Source: Diplonema japonicum
Taxonomy: Eukaryota > Protista > Euglenozoa: Diplonemea
DNA length: 64,000 nt
Assembly (NCBI GenBank): GCA_964019335.1
Contig: OZ025713.1
Location: 436,943 to 500,942, forward strand
Direction: 5' to 3'
Of the stretch, positions 1 to 10,631 are shown in pieces. The notes below the pieces were generated by a model. It saw only the letters and a program-made list of their open reading frames with translations, was not told the origin of the DNA and searched no databases. The number at the start of each line of letters is the position of its first letter. Positions within the stretch are counted from its first letter, which is position 1. A program made the position numbers and the translations under genes.

Positions 1-350
1 ATCGAAGGGCTACTAGGGGAGGCAGTCTAAACAACAGATAAAGTCAACTACAGAGCAGGCTGCCCCAATACCATGCCCCGAAACACAGAACGAGTGCTCT
101 GAGACCCCAATGCGCCGTGACAGTACCTTCTGGGGCCATTTCCCCGAAAAAGTAGTGCAACGTGCGGTGCAAGCATTTCAAGTCGAAAAGACCCCTATTT
201 CAGTGTTCAGCCTGCTTGGTACAACTTTGCGTGACTCCGTGCTTCAAAGACTGCCACCTTGCCGGGGATACCCCCAGAAACCCCTCCCGGGGTCAAAAAA
301 GAAGTCCCCCAGCCCTGGGGCACGTACGAACCGCGTCAAGAAGGCCTTAA
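1..350 (+). mobile_element. 3' end of decayed piggyBac transposase (Cys-rich C-terminal domain)
   Basis: RCKHFKSKRPLFQCSACLVQLCVTPCFKDCH; followed by TTAA at 347-350. Confidence 0.75.
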
Positions 351-1459
351 ATAGCTTTTTATAGAATTTTACAGTCGATTCTTTTTGACTTGTTTTTTGT
401 ACCCCCTCTCGGGCACTTCAGGAACGATATTTTTGACAATGTTGTGGGGGTGGGCCCTGCTGTGGGCACCCTCTCTCTAGAATTGGGACATCCCTTAGTA
501 GCCAAAAAAAAAAAAAGTGTAAAGTGTTAAACAGCCAGCAAAGCTTGTGGAAAGAGAACACCAAGAAAAAAAAAGAGAGAGAAAAAAAGACCAGGACCAC
601 CCCCGATAACGTATAATTAAGAATAAAAATTGTGGGGGGGGAAGGATACTGAGGTCTGGCACCAGCGGATGAGGATGCGGGAAAGGGGGTTGCACTGCTT
701 TCCCTGCCAAAGCTAGTCGAGGGTGCACACCTTGCGACATATGGGGCCCGACGGCACATGGTGACGACAGGAGACCACTTTTCTCCTCGAGCCAAACAGC
801 CCCTTACCTTGCATGACTCCATGTAATGTTCCTCGCCCAGATGCCGTCCATCTCATCACGACAAACAGCCACCGCAGGCACCAGACAGCAACCGCAGTAC
901 GGTGACCGATTAGTGTGGATTTCTACTTGAACAGTGAACACTCCCCTATGTGCACTGAAGCTTTATCGATTTTTTTAATTTTTTTTATTTGCTTCCAAGC
1001 TTTCTCTTGAAACTTTTGATTGTTACCTCAAGTTAGTTACCGTTCTTACTGAGCGCCGTTTGACTTTGTCACCTTGATGTTAAAAGATCGACTTTTTTTT
1101 TCTTCTTCTTTTTTTTATTTTTTATTTTCTTCTGATGACCGTGGTGGTCGAGCTTTCTTTACCTCTCCACTTTCGGGGCGAAGTTTAACAAGGGTGACCG
1201 CTGTGTCACATTCCGCATGGCACCACTAAAATCGAGTCCCCCCTCCCCCTTCTTCTTCTTTTTTTTTCTTTTTTTTTTTTTTCCAGTGTGTCTTCTCTTT
1301 TTGTTGTTCTTCTTTCACAAGCATTATTATTGTGCGCCTGTGGTGTGGGTTTACCTTCAACATGAATACAAGGGGGGGGGGGGGGGGGGGGAAGAAGAAG
1401 AAAAAAAATGGCGCCGGTGGGAGCATCAACGCCAACACAGTGCAAGTACCTGCCGATTT

Positions 1460-1696
1460 GGCAGGTTCGAAGCTCTGTGCCGGAGGTACCGCATCGTGAT
1501 CGGCGAGACGTCGGCTCCGTCACAGGTGGGTAGAGTCTTGGGTCTGGAGTTCGACCTCCAATGCAAGAGATGGAGGATGTGCAGCAAGTGGATCGAAGCC
1601 CTGAAACCGGTACTGGAGGACTTCGTGTTTGACAGACCCCTACAGCTTCGGAGGTGGTGGAGGCTCTGCGGTCTTGTACTTTGGCATCAGAGGATA
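1460..1696 (+). mobile_element. DIRS/TATE-like reverse transcriptase C-terminal relic (also 9582-9818, 17862-18098)
   Basis: QVGRVLGLEFDL...WRM and RRWWRLCGLVLW resemble RT motif 7 and the thumb of YR retrotransposons. Confidence 0.45.
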
Positions 1697-2509
1697 ATGG
1701 AAGAGTCGGAGCTAAGCCGGGAGAAGAAGAACAAAATGCTCGTATTTTTCAAGGGGCTGTTGGTGGCTCTCCTGCGGTGCAAACCGCGCAACCCCATCAG
1801 CTTCTGTGAGAAGTACGTTGAAGAAAAAGTAGAAGGCGACGAACTAGAAACCAGCCTGTGCAGAAGCTGGAGGGGAGACTTCAACACCTACGACTTCACC
1901 AGAGACACCTCAGACGTGTTCCAAGTAAATAACCGAGATGTCTATGGGGAGTACGAGACTATTAGAAAAACCCTCGACTTCAACTACCACGGTAACTACT
2001 CAAAAACCCGACAAGCAGTCCAAGACATAGCGGTCTCCGACGTTGTCCTGGGCGGTGAACTCAAATCCGAACCCTGGCTCGTCTACACAGCAGGAGCAAT
2101 GGGGGCTGGGAAGTCCCATGTTATCAGGTGGATGTCCGACCACGGGTATTTCCCACTACCGGACATCGTTCAAATAGACCCCGATCGGTTCAAAGAAATG
2201 CTCCCAGAATGGCAGGGCTACATGGAGCATGACCCCATGCAAGCTGGGGGTAGAATGCGCAAGGAATCCGGGTATCTAGTTGAAATCGCACAGCACAAGG
2301 CAATGGACATGGGCAAGAACGTGTGGGTGGACGGGTCCCTGCCCAGAGCACTGGCTAGGGTTGAGCTGCACACCACATGCATTAAGGACACAACGTGGAA
2401 CGCAAACGCGGCCGAGGTGCACCCTGTCACTGGTCTCCTTTACCTCTTTTATTGTTGCGTGGTTTATTTTGTCTTGAAACTACATTTCGCGTTAAAATTT
2501 TTGTTTTAA
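1697..2509 (+). pseudogene. 3'-truncated RIIa-like/zeta-toxin-like kinase fused to repeat-derived tail
   Basis: Same as 18099-18744 up to VDGSL, then PRALARVELH... from the amplicon junction. Confidence 0.85.
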
Positions 2510-2559
2510 TTGAAACCGGCAGGGTTGGCTTAAAATGAAATCAGATGGTCAAAATAGCA

Positions 2560-3560
2560 GCGAAAACGTGAGTCTCCCCCGACTGGTCAGATAAAGAGGA
2601 AAAAGACGATGAGGCGGTCAAAGAGGGGCCGGAAACGATGCTTGGGTGGGAGAAATACTCCCAAAGGCCTGAAACATATCATTTCCGTGAAAAGGTGGGC
2701 TTAGGACACCTCTAGGTGAAGCGGCCAATGAGGAGGGTGTTTTTAATCTTTTTTTGTTACACACGCTCATAGTTTCTTCCACGAACGGTCGTTTCGGTTC
2801 AAAAAAACAGCGGAATCTGAATCTTTCCATCCCAGAGTACAAAATTTGGCTTGGGTTGGTCCTGTTAATGGGTTTACACCCGGCACCGAATATGAAAAGC
2901 TACTGGGCAACAGATTCTATTTTAGCCATCCCGGCTTTTGAGAAAATGAGCAAACCGATTCGTTGACATACAGCGCTACCTCACCTTTGACAACCTGGAA
3001 AACATCAGTAAGGCTTGAAACTGCGCCTCATGCACAGGTTTCTTGACATCATTGTCAACCGGTGTAGGACTGTGCGGACCCCTGGCAAGTGGTTGTCTGT
3101 TGACGACAGTGTTATCCCGACAACAATAAAAGTCATGGCACCACGAAAAAAAACAACTCGGTGGGCATCAAGGTAATCGCTACATGCGACTCATAAAACG
3201 GTTACCTGGCGAATTTCAACATTTTCAGCAAGAAGTCCACAACACAGGACCTAGTCATGCATACTGTCGACTCCTATGGGTTTGCTGTCGACCCCTGACC
3301 GGCAAGACCAGCTCCAGGGGACTGGAGTTTGGCATATGAAAACCCGGAAGTAGTCGTTATTTATTGGGTTCTGGAAAGCTGTGTTGCCAACTCCTCCATA
3401 ATCTGGAAGAAGAGCAGGGAATGTGGCAAAAATTATGGCTTCCCGAGCTTCAAAGAAGAACTTGTTGGCAAGCTTCTCACCCATGCCAGGTGCAAACGTG
3501 GTGCCCCTGTTGCAACCCCCCCTTATGCAAAACGTGTTTTTTACCCTTGCATGCTACCCC
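2560..3560 (+). mobile_element. Decayed piggyBac (DDE_Tnp_1_7-like) transposase A (copy at 10682-11682)
   Basis: EYKIWLGLVLLMG..KSYW, RYLTFDN, LSVDDSVIP, GIKVIATCDS, YWVLESCVANSSIIWK across frameshifts and stops. Confidence 0.8.
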
Positions 3561-3948
3561 AGCTGGAAAAAAAACTCACAAGTTGCTTTTTTCATCCCAC
3601 AGCCCCAAAAAGTCTCCAGACTGACCTCAATCCTAGAGTTCAGGGCACCAAATAGGGCTGAATGCTGCCTTTTTTAGCCCAGCCATAACTCCACGGACCC
3701 CCCACGACAAGACCCCCCAAAATCGGACATAAAAAGTACACCCTCAACCCCCCTCTTACACACATAGTTAAGTGTTCTCATCTGAATCTGGCACCTGGAA
3801 TTGAAAATTTTAGTACCGTTTACCCTTTCCTTGCACCTTCCTATGGTTGCATGCTGCCCTTTTTTTTGAGTATTTAAAGCAACAACGAATGTGTCCTACC
3901 ATCGCAGCACCCACCTTCTCACGGAGGTGATGCCGTTGATCGGCGATC

Positions 3949-4137
3949 TCATCTACGGCAACAACGGGCGGAGGTGGGCCGCCTGAGGCACAGGTTGTTC
4001 TTCTCACACCACCCGCGCGCCCACTCGTAGCCCAGGTCGTCGTCCGTGAGCTGCTGGCAGGAGATTGCAAGCCCTTGGGCGAGGCTTGAAACCCTGCGGT
4101 AGCTCAACGGGGCGCCGGCCTGTATCTGCTCCTTCAC
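3949..4137 (-). mobile_element. pogo/Tigger CENP-B-type HTH relic (copy at 12071-12259)
   Basis: GAPLSYRRVSSLA...YEWARGWCEKNNLCLRRPT resembles the HTH_Tnp_Tc5 motif (GW..F..R..L.LRR.T). Confidence 0.55.
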
Positions 4138-4321
4138 TGTTTCCCGCGGAGCAGCCTGTCTGTCTCACTTCAGGTTTAGGTTTTAGGTTTTTTTATTTTC
4201 TAGAGGTTCTTCTTCTTCATTTGACTCCTGCAGCCTTCGAGACAAAGCACGCAGGGAAAATACATTAGAAAAAAAGAAAAAGAAAGAAAAAAAAAAAAAA
4301 AAAAAACAATATTAAAAGAAC

Positions 4322-5839
4322 ATGAATGGAAAGAGAGAGGGATCAGGTGAAGAGGTGAACGATATGACAGTGTTCGCGAAGACGGGAGGCGGGGTTCACG
4401 ATGTGGAAGTGTCGGGGAAGGAGACGGTGGGGATCCTGTACAAGAAGGCGGGGTGTGCTGCTGGTTTACTCGAAGGCAAGTTCGAACTGGTTTGGGAGGG
4501 AGAGGTCCTGGACAGGAACGGGGGTGAAGATATCCAGGAACTCGGGCTCGTGGAGGGCAGCGTGGTCCATGTGGAGGCGAAGAAGATGAGAACCGTTCAG
4601 CTGGAGGAGCTTGAGAGCTCAGAAGTGGTTTCAGAGCTTGAGGAGCTTGTGACAGCTGTCCCTGAGCTGGTTCTGGTGGTGGAGGTGGGGAACTCGCCAG
4701 CTGTCGAAGTCTTGTCCATGAAGACGACGGTCCTTCCTTCCGGACTTCGGTTCCTCGTTGTCACCGACTCCACAGGCTGTGTTACAAGGATAGGCTCTGG
4801 GTTTCTTCAAGAGTGCGACCACCTGACGTCTGTTGATCTCATCCTCCCCAATGTTTCCACCATTGATGATTTCTTTTTATATGAGTGCAAAAATCTAGAA
4901 ACCATCAACTTGAATGCGATGACCAATCTTTCTTCTATTGGTCATTACTTCTTGTATGGGTGCGAAAAACTAGAAACCATCGACTTGAATGCGATGACCA
5001 ATCTTTCTTCTATTGGTGATAGCTTCTTGCATGGGTGCGTAAAACTAGAAACCATCAACTTGAATGCGATGACCAATCTTTCTTCCATTGGTCATTGCTT
5101 CTTGTATGGGTGCGAAAAACTAGAAACCATCGACTTGAATACGTTGACCAATCTTTCTTCCATTGGTCATAACTTCTTGTCTTGGTGCGAAAAACTAGAA
5201 ACCATCAACTTGAATGCGATGACCAATCTTTCTTCCATTGGTCATTGCTTCTTGTATGGGTGCGAAAAACTAGAAACCATCGACTTGAATACGTTGACCA
5301 ATCTTTCTTCCATTGGTAATCGCTTCTTGTTTGAGTGCAAAAAACTAGAAACCATCGACTTGAATGCGATGACCAATCTTTCTTCCATTGGTATTGGCTT
5401 CTTGTCTTGGTGCGAAAAACTAGAAACCATCAACTTGAATGCGATGACCAATCTTTCTTCTATTGGTCATTACTTCTTGTATGGGTGCGAAAAACTAGAA
5501 ACCATCGACTTGAATACGTTGACCAATCTTTCTTCCATTGGTGATGGCTTCTTGTCTGGGTGCGAAAAACTAGAAACCATCAACTTGAATGCGATGACCA
5601 ATCTTTCTTCCATTGGTGATGACTTCTTGTCTGGGTGCGAAAAACTAGAAACCATCGACTTGAATGCGATGACCAATCTTTCTTCCATTGGTCATAACTT
5701 CTTGTCTTGGTGCGAAAAACTAGAAACCATCAACTTGAATGCGATGACCAATCTTTCTTCCATTGGTGATGGCTTCTTGGAGGGGTGCGTAAAAGTAGAA
5801 ACTGTCGACTTGAATTTAAAAAGAAAAGTCGGTGTTTAG
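4322..5839 (+). CDS. Ubiquitin-like domain + BspA-like LRR protein (12 core 25-aa repeats)
   Basis: N-terminal beta-grasp pattern (MTVFAKT..DVEVSGKETVGILYKKA..FELVWEGEVL..IQELGLVEGSVVHV); repeats LETIxLNxxTNLSSIGxxFLxxCxK; no signal peptide. Confidence 0.9.
   Translation: MNGKREGSGEEVNDMTVFAKTGGGVHDVEVSGKETVGILYKKAGCAAGLLEGKFELVWEGEVLDRNGGEDIQELGLVEGSVVHVEAKKMRTVQLEELESSEVVSELEELVTAVPELVLVVEVGNSPAVEVLSMKTTVLPSGLRFLVVTDSTGCVTRIGSGFLQECDHLTSVDLILPNVSTIDDFFLYECKNLETINLNAMTNLSSIGHYFLYGCEKLETIDLNAMTNLSSIGDSFLHGCVKLETINLNAMTNLSSIGHCFLYGCEKLETIDLNTLTNLSSIGHNFLSWCEKLETINLNAMTNLSSIGHCFLYGCEKLETIDLNTLTNLSSIGNRFLFECKKLETIDLNAMTNLSSIGIGFLSWCEKLETINLNAMTNLSSIGHYFLYGCEKLETIDLNTLTNLSSIGDGFLSGCEKLETINLNAMTNLSSIGDDFLSGCEKLETIDLNAMTNLSSIGHNFLSWCEKLETINLNAMTNLSSIGDGFLEGCVKVETVDLNLKRKVGV
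4870..5815 (+). repeat. 75-bp coding tandem repeat array (LRR)
   Basis: Unit aaactagaaaccatcRacttgaatRcgWtgaccaatctttcttcYattggtNNNNNNttcttgNNNNNNtgcNNa. Confidence 0.95.
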
Positions 5840-6301
5840 AAGAAGAAGAAAAAAAGAGGGGAAAAAAAAGAAGAAAAAAGAACACCCTGGCGCTGAGAAA
5901 CATCTTTGTGGAAAAACCAACGAAAAGCAATCCAATACCTCGAAGACACCGGGGACCTGCCCCCCTCCGCAACAACTCCACAACAACCATCTAACCTGCT
6001 GAAGTAGCATGCCGATCAGAAGGCGGCTGAGGCACTTGTCATTTAATCAGAATCCCGAGATCCCATCCCTGATCCCCAAATAGAGAGTGTACCATCCTGT
6101 TTCTCGAGGAAACAGAGAACCTACCCCCTCCCCACCACAGCACCCGACCAATCAGATGCAGCAGTGTGAAAAAAAAAAAAGCCCCCCTCTCCCCAAACAA
6201 AACAAACAAACAAACAAACAAACATTTCCCCACCCCCGATAACGTATAATTAAAAAAAAATATGGGGGGGGCAGGATACTGAGGTCCGGCACCCTTAGTA
6301 A

Positions 6302-6352
<51 letters not shown>

Positions 6353-6707
6353 GTAAAGTGTTAAACAGCCAGCAAAGCTTGTGGAAAGAGAACACCAAGA
6401 AAAAAAAAGAGAGAGAAAAAAAGACCAGGACACCCCCTCCCCGGTCGTGAGAGGCCTATGGGTGTGGCACGCCATGTCTGAAACGTTTAGCTCCCTTGAA
6501 GCTCACACCAGTGTGCGAGTTTGGCCCATTTTATTTTGGCACGTTGGCGATGGCTGTGGTGGTCGTCGCAAGAGCGCCTGCAGGAAGTATTGGACGATAA
6601 CAGTTAATGGGTTTCGTTTTTCTTCTTTTTTTCTTCTTTTTCTTCTTAGTTTATCACCGTTCTTACTGAGCGCCATTTGACTTGTCACCTTGATGTTAAA
6701 AGATCGA

Positions 6708-6743
<36 letters not shown>

Positions 6744-7215
6744 TGCAGGCCGTTGCTAACCACTTCGTTCTGTTATTTTCATTATTCTTTCCGGCGATAG
6801 ACTGATACGGGCCATGGAAGCAACCTCTGCTTAATTCCTGGTACGTGGGAGGCTCCTCTGAGGATGTCAGTCACCTTTTTCCCTTTTTTATTCGACTCTC
6901 TGTTTTCGTATGCAGTATTTATTCTTTTCCACCCCTTTTTATCTATTTTTTCGCTTCTCTATTCTAACTTAACCATCTATCAACGAGCGTCTATATATAG
7001 ACGATTTGAAAAAAAATCTTTTACGCAAAGGGCTTTCAATGCAATACGGCCCGGCTCTTTCTTGCCGGCGGGGTCCTGGAAAATATGAAAAATATAAACT
7101 AAATGCTGCCCTAACTTAACAAGAAAATGAAAAAATAAAAAAAACGCCAGCCCAAATTTACCCTTAAAAATCACTTCAAAAAAAGGCGCCCGGAAAGAGG
7201 CCGGAAGAGGACGTC

Positions 7216-8472
7216 ATGAGTGATGGCAGCACTGATGGCTCATCCCTATTATGCAATTTTGATACAAACAGTGATTCTGACACGAATTCGACCGATTCCG
7301 AGTCACAGCAGGGTGATTGGACGGCAAAGCCGGAGCAGTTGGAAGGCATCCGGTTTCGTGAAGATCGGAATCCTTGTGGACCCTGTTTTGACATCAAAGG
7401 CTCAACGCCATACCATATATTCTCCCAAATGCTCGTCCCAAACTTTATTCGGGTCATAACTTCGAACAATGTGGCAAATGCGGCTAAAAAAGGTGTCTCC
7501 CTGGATCTTGGATATCAAGTCAGATTATTCTGATTACTGGTGCACTGGCTCCACGTTTCTCAACTACACCCCTGGGTACGCCACCGTCATGTCAAGAGAC
7601 CGCTTTTTGACTATTCTGGGAAATCTGTGTTTCCACAGCGAAACAAACAAGCGTGCTGACTTCTACCTATCGCCAAGGCCTCCCGGAGATCATGGATGCC
7701 CCAAAGAAGCGAGGCCGCAAGCCCAAGGACGCGCATCCCGTGGGGACACAGTTCCACCAGCACGCGAGCATCCTTTGCACCACAACGTGGCATGACATCA
7801 AGCCTGTGTGCTTTCTATCGACGTTGGATGTTCCAGTGAAGTCAAATTTGACCGTCCGCCAAAAGAGAATGAAAGCCGGAAAGGACATCTTGTTCCCACC
7901 AAGTGCATATTTACAACACCGCAATGGGCGGAACCGACGCTGGGTGATGCTGTGACAAAACGCCATAAACGCACCCTTATGACTTAAAAGTGGCCCCTAA
8001 AAGTATTTTCGTACTTGTTAGGTAAATCTCTGGCGAATGCTTGGCTTGTTTGGAAAGAAGCCTTGCCCCCCAACACCCTGAGTACGAACGACAGTGTATT
8101 GACGCCTTTCAGAGAGGCAGTCATCGAAGGGCTACTAGGGGAGGCAGTCTAAACAACAGATAAAGTCAACTACAGAGCAGGCTGCCCCAATACCATGCCC
8201 CGAAACACAGAACGAGTGCTCTGAGACCCCAATGCGCCGTGACAGTACCTTCTGGGGCCATTTCCCCGAAAAAGTAGTGCAACGTGCGGTGCAAGCATTT
8301 CAAGTCGAAAAGACCCCTATTTCAGTGTTCAGCCTGCTTGGTACAACTTTGCGTGACTCCGTGCTTCAAAGACTGCCACCTTGCCGGGGATACCCCCAGA
8401 AACCCCTCCCGGGGTCAAAAAAGAAGTCCCCCAGCCCTGGGGCACGTACGAACCGCGTCAAGAAGGCCTTAA
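7216..8472 (+). mobile_element. Decayed, internally deleted piggyBac transposase B (copy at 15496-16752)
   Basis: Acidic N-terminus, TPYHIFSQML, DYW..VMSRDRFLTILGNLCF, WHDIKPVCFLST, YNTAMGGTD, KWPLKVFSYLL, C-terminal Cys-rich domain. Confidence 0.85.
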
Positions 8473-9818
8473 ATAGCTTTTTATAGAATTTTACAGTCGA
8501 TTCTTTTTGACTTGTTTTTTGTACCCCCTCTCGGGCACTTCAGGAACGATATTTTTGACAATGTTGTGGGGGTGGGCCCTGCTGTGGGCACCCTCTCTCT
8601 AGAATTGGGACATCCCTTAGTAGCCAAAAAAAAAAAAAGTGTAAAGTGTTAAACAGCCAGCAAAGCTTGTGGAAAGAGAACACCAAGAAAAAAAAAGAGA
8701 GAGAAAAAAAGACCAGGACCACCCCCGATAACGTATAATTAAGAATAAAAATTGTGGGGGGGGAAGGATACTGAGGTCTGGCACCAGCGGATGAGGATGC
8801 GGGAAAGGGGGTTGCACTGCTTTCCCTGCCAAAGCTAGTCGAGGGTGCACACCTTGCGACATATGGGGCCCGACGGCACATGGTGACGACAGGAGACCAC
8901 TTTTCTCCTCGAGCCAAACAGCCCCTTACCTTGCATGACTCCATGTAATGTTCCTCGCCCAGATGCCGTCCATCTCATCACGACAAACAGCCACCGCAGG
9001 CACCAGACAGCAACCGCAGTACGGTGACCGATTAGTGTGGATTTCTACTTGAACAGTGAACACTCCCCTATGTGCACTGAAGCTTTATCGATTTTTTTAA
9101 TTTTTTTTATTTGCTTCCAAGCTTTCTCTTGAAACTTTTGATTGTTACCTCAAGTTAGTTACCGTTCTTACTGAGCGCCGTTTGACTTTGTCACCTTGAT
9201 GTTAAAAGATCGACTTTTTTTTTCTTCTTCTTTTTTTTATTTTTTATTTTCTTCTGATGACCGTGGTGGTCGAGCTTTCTTTACCTCTCCACTTTCGGGG
9301 CGAAGTTTAACAAGGGTGACCGCTGTGTCACATTCCGCATGGCACCACTAAAATCGAGTCCCCCCTCCCCCTTCTTCTTCTTTTTTTTTCTTTTTTTTTT
9401 TTTTCCAGTGTGTCTTCTCTTTTTGTTGTTCTTCTTTCACAAGCATTATTATTGTGCGCCTGTGGTGTGGGTTTACCTTCAACATGAATACAAGGGGGGG
9501 GGGGGGGGGGGGGAAGAAGAAGAAAAAAAATGGCGCCGGTGGGAGCATCAACGCCAACACAGTGCAAGTACCTGCCGATTTGGCAGGTTCGAAGCTCTGT
9601 GCCGGAGGTACCGCATCGTGATCGGCGAGACGTCGGCTCCGTCACAGGTGGGTAGAGTCTTGGGTCTGGAGTTCGACCTCCAATGCAAGAGATGGAGGAT
9701 GTGCAGCAAGTGGATCGAAGCCCTGAAACCGGTACTGGAGGACTTCGTGTTTGACAGACCCCTACAGCTTCGGAGGTGGTGGAGGCTCTGCGGTCTTGTA
9801 CTTTGGCATCAGAGGATA

Positions 9819-10631
9819 ATGGAAGAGTCGGAGCTAAGCCGGGAGAAGAAGAACAAAATGCTCGTATTTTTCAAGGGGCTGTTGGTGGCTCTCCTGCGGT
9901 GCAAACCGCGCAACCCCATCAGCTTCTGTGAGAAGTACGTTGAAGAAAAAGTAGAAGGCGACGAACTAGAAACCAGCCTGTGCAGAAGCTGGAGGGGAGA
10001 CTTCAACACCTACGACTTCACCAGAGACACCTCAGACGTGTTCCAAGTAAATAACCGAGATGTCTATGGGGAGTACGAGACTATTAGAAAAACCCTCGAC
10101 TTCAACTACCACGGTAACTACTCAAAAACCCGACAAGCAGTCCAAGACATAGCGGTCTCCGACGTTGTCCTGGGCGGTGAACTCAAATCCGAACCCTGGC
10201 TCGTCTACACAGCAGGAGCAATGGGGGCTGGGAAGTCCCATGTTATCAGGTGGATGTCCGACCACGGGTATTTCCCACTACCGGACATCGTTCAAATAGA
10301 CCCCGATCGGTTCAAAGAAATGCTCCCAGAATGGCAGGGCTACATGGAGCATGACCCCATGCAAGCTGGGGGTAGAATGCGCAAGGAATCCGGGTATCTA
10401 GTTGAAATCGCACAGCACAAGGCAATGGACATGGGCAAGAACGTGTGGGTGGACGGGTCCCTGCCCAGAGCACTGGCTAGGGTTGAGCTGCACACCACAT
10501 GCATTAAGGACACAACGTGGAACGCAAACGCGGCCGAGGTGCACCCTGTCACTGGTCTCCTTTACCTCTTTTATTGTTGCGTGGTTTATTTTGTCTTGAA
10601 ACTACATTTCGCGTTAAAATTTTTGTTTTAA
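9819..10631 (+). pseudogene. Second truncated kinase copy
   Basis: Same as 1697-2509. Confidence 0.85.

Larger units (their letters stand above)
1..2342. repeat. Partial (3') copy of tandem amplicon unit
   Basis: Matches 8123-10464 and 16403-18744; ORFs recur at offsets +8122 and +16402. Confidence 0.97.
2343..10464. repeat. Tandem amplicon unit 1 (8122 bp)
   Basis: Near-identical to 10465-18744. Junction defined where ...gggtccctgc continues as ccagagcac instead of gggacgggg. Confidence 0.95.

Noticed and set aside
4870-5815. CRISPR-like array (constant repeat plus variable bases)
   Set aside because: The period is 75 bp and in frame, the variable parts are only a few codons, and there are no cas genes: a coding LRR
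6960-8472. Intact piggyBac TIR/TTAA boundaries mobilising the UBL-LRR gene
   Set aside because: No convincing TIR pair found, and the amplicon junction is not at a piggyBac end
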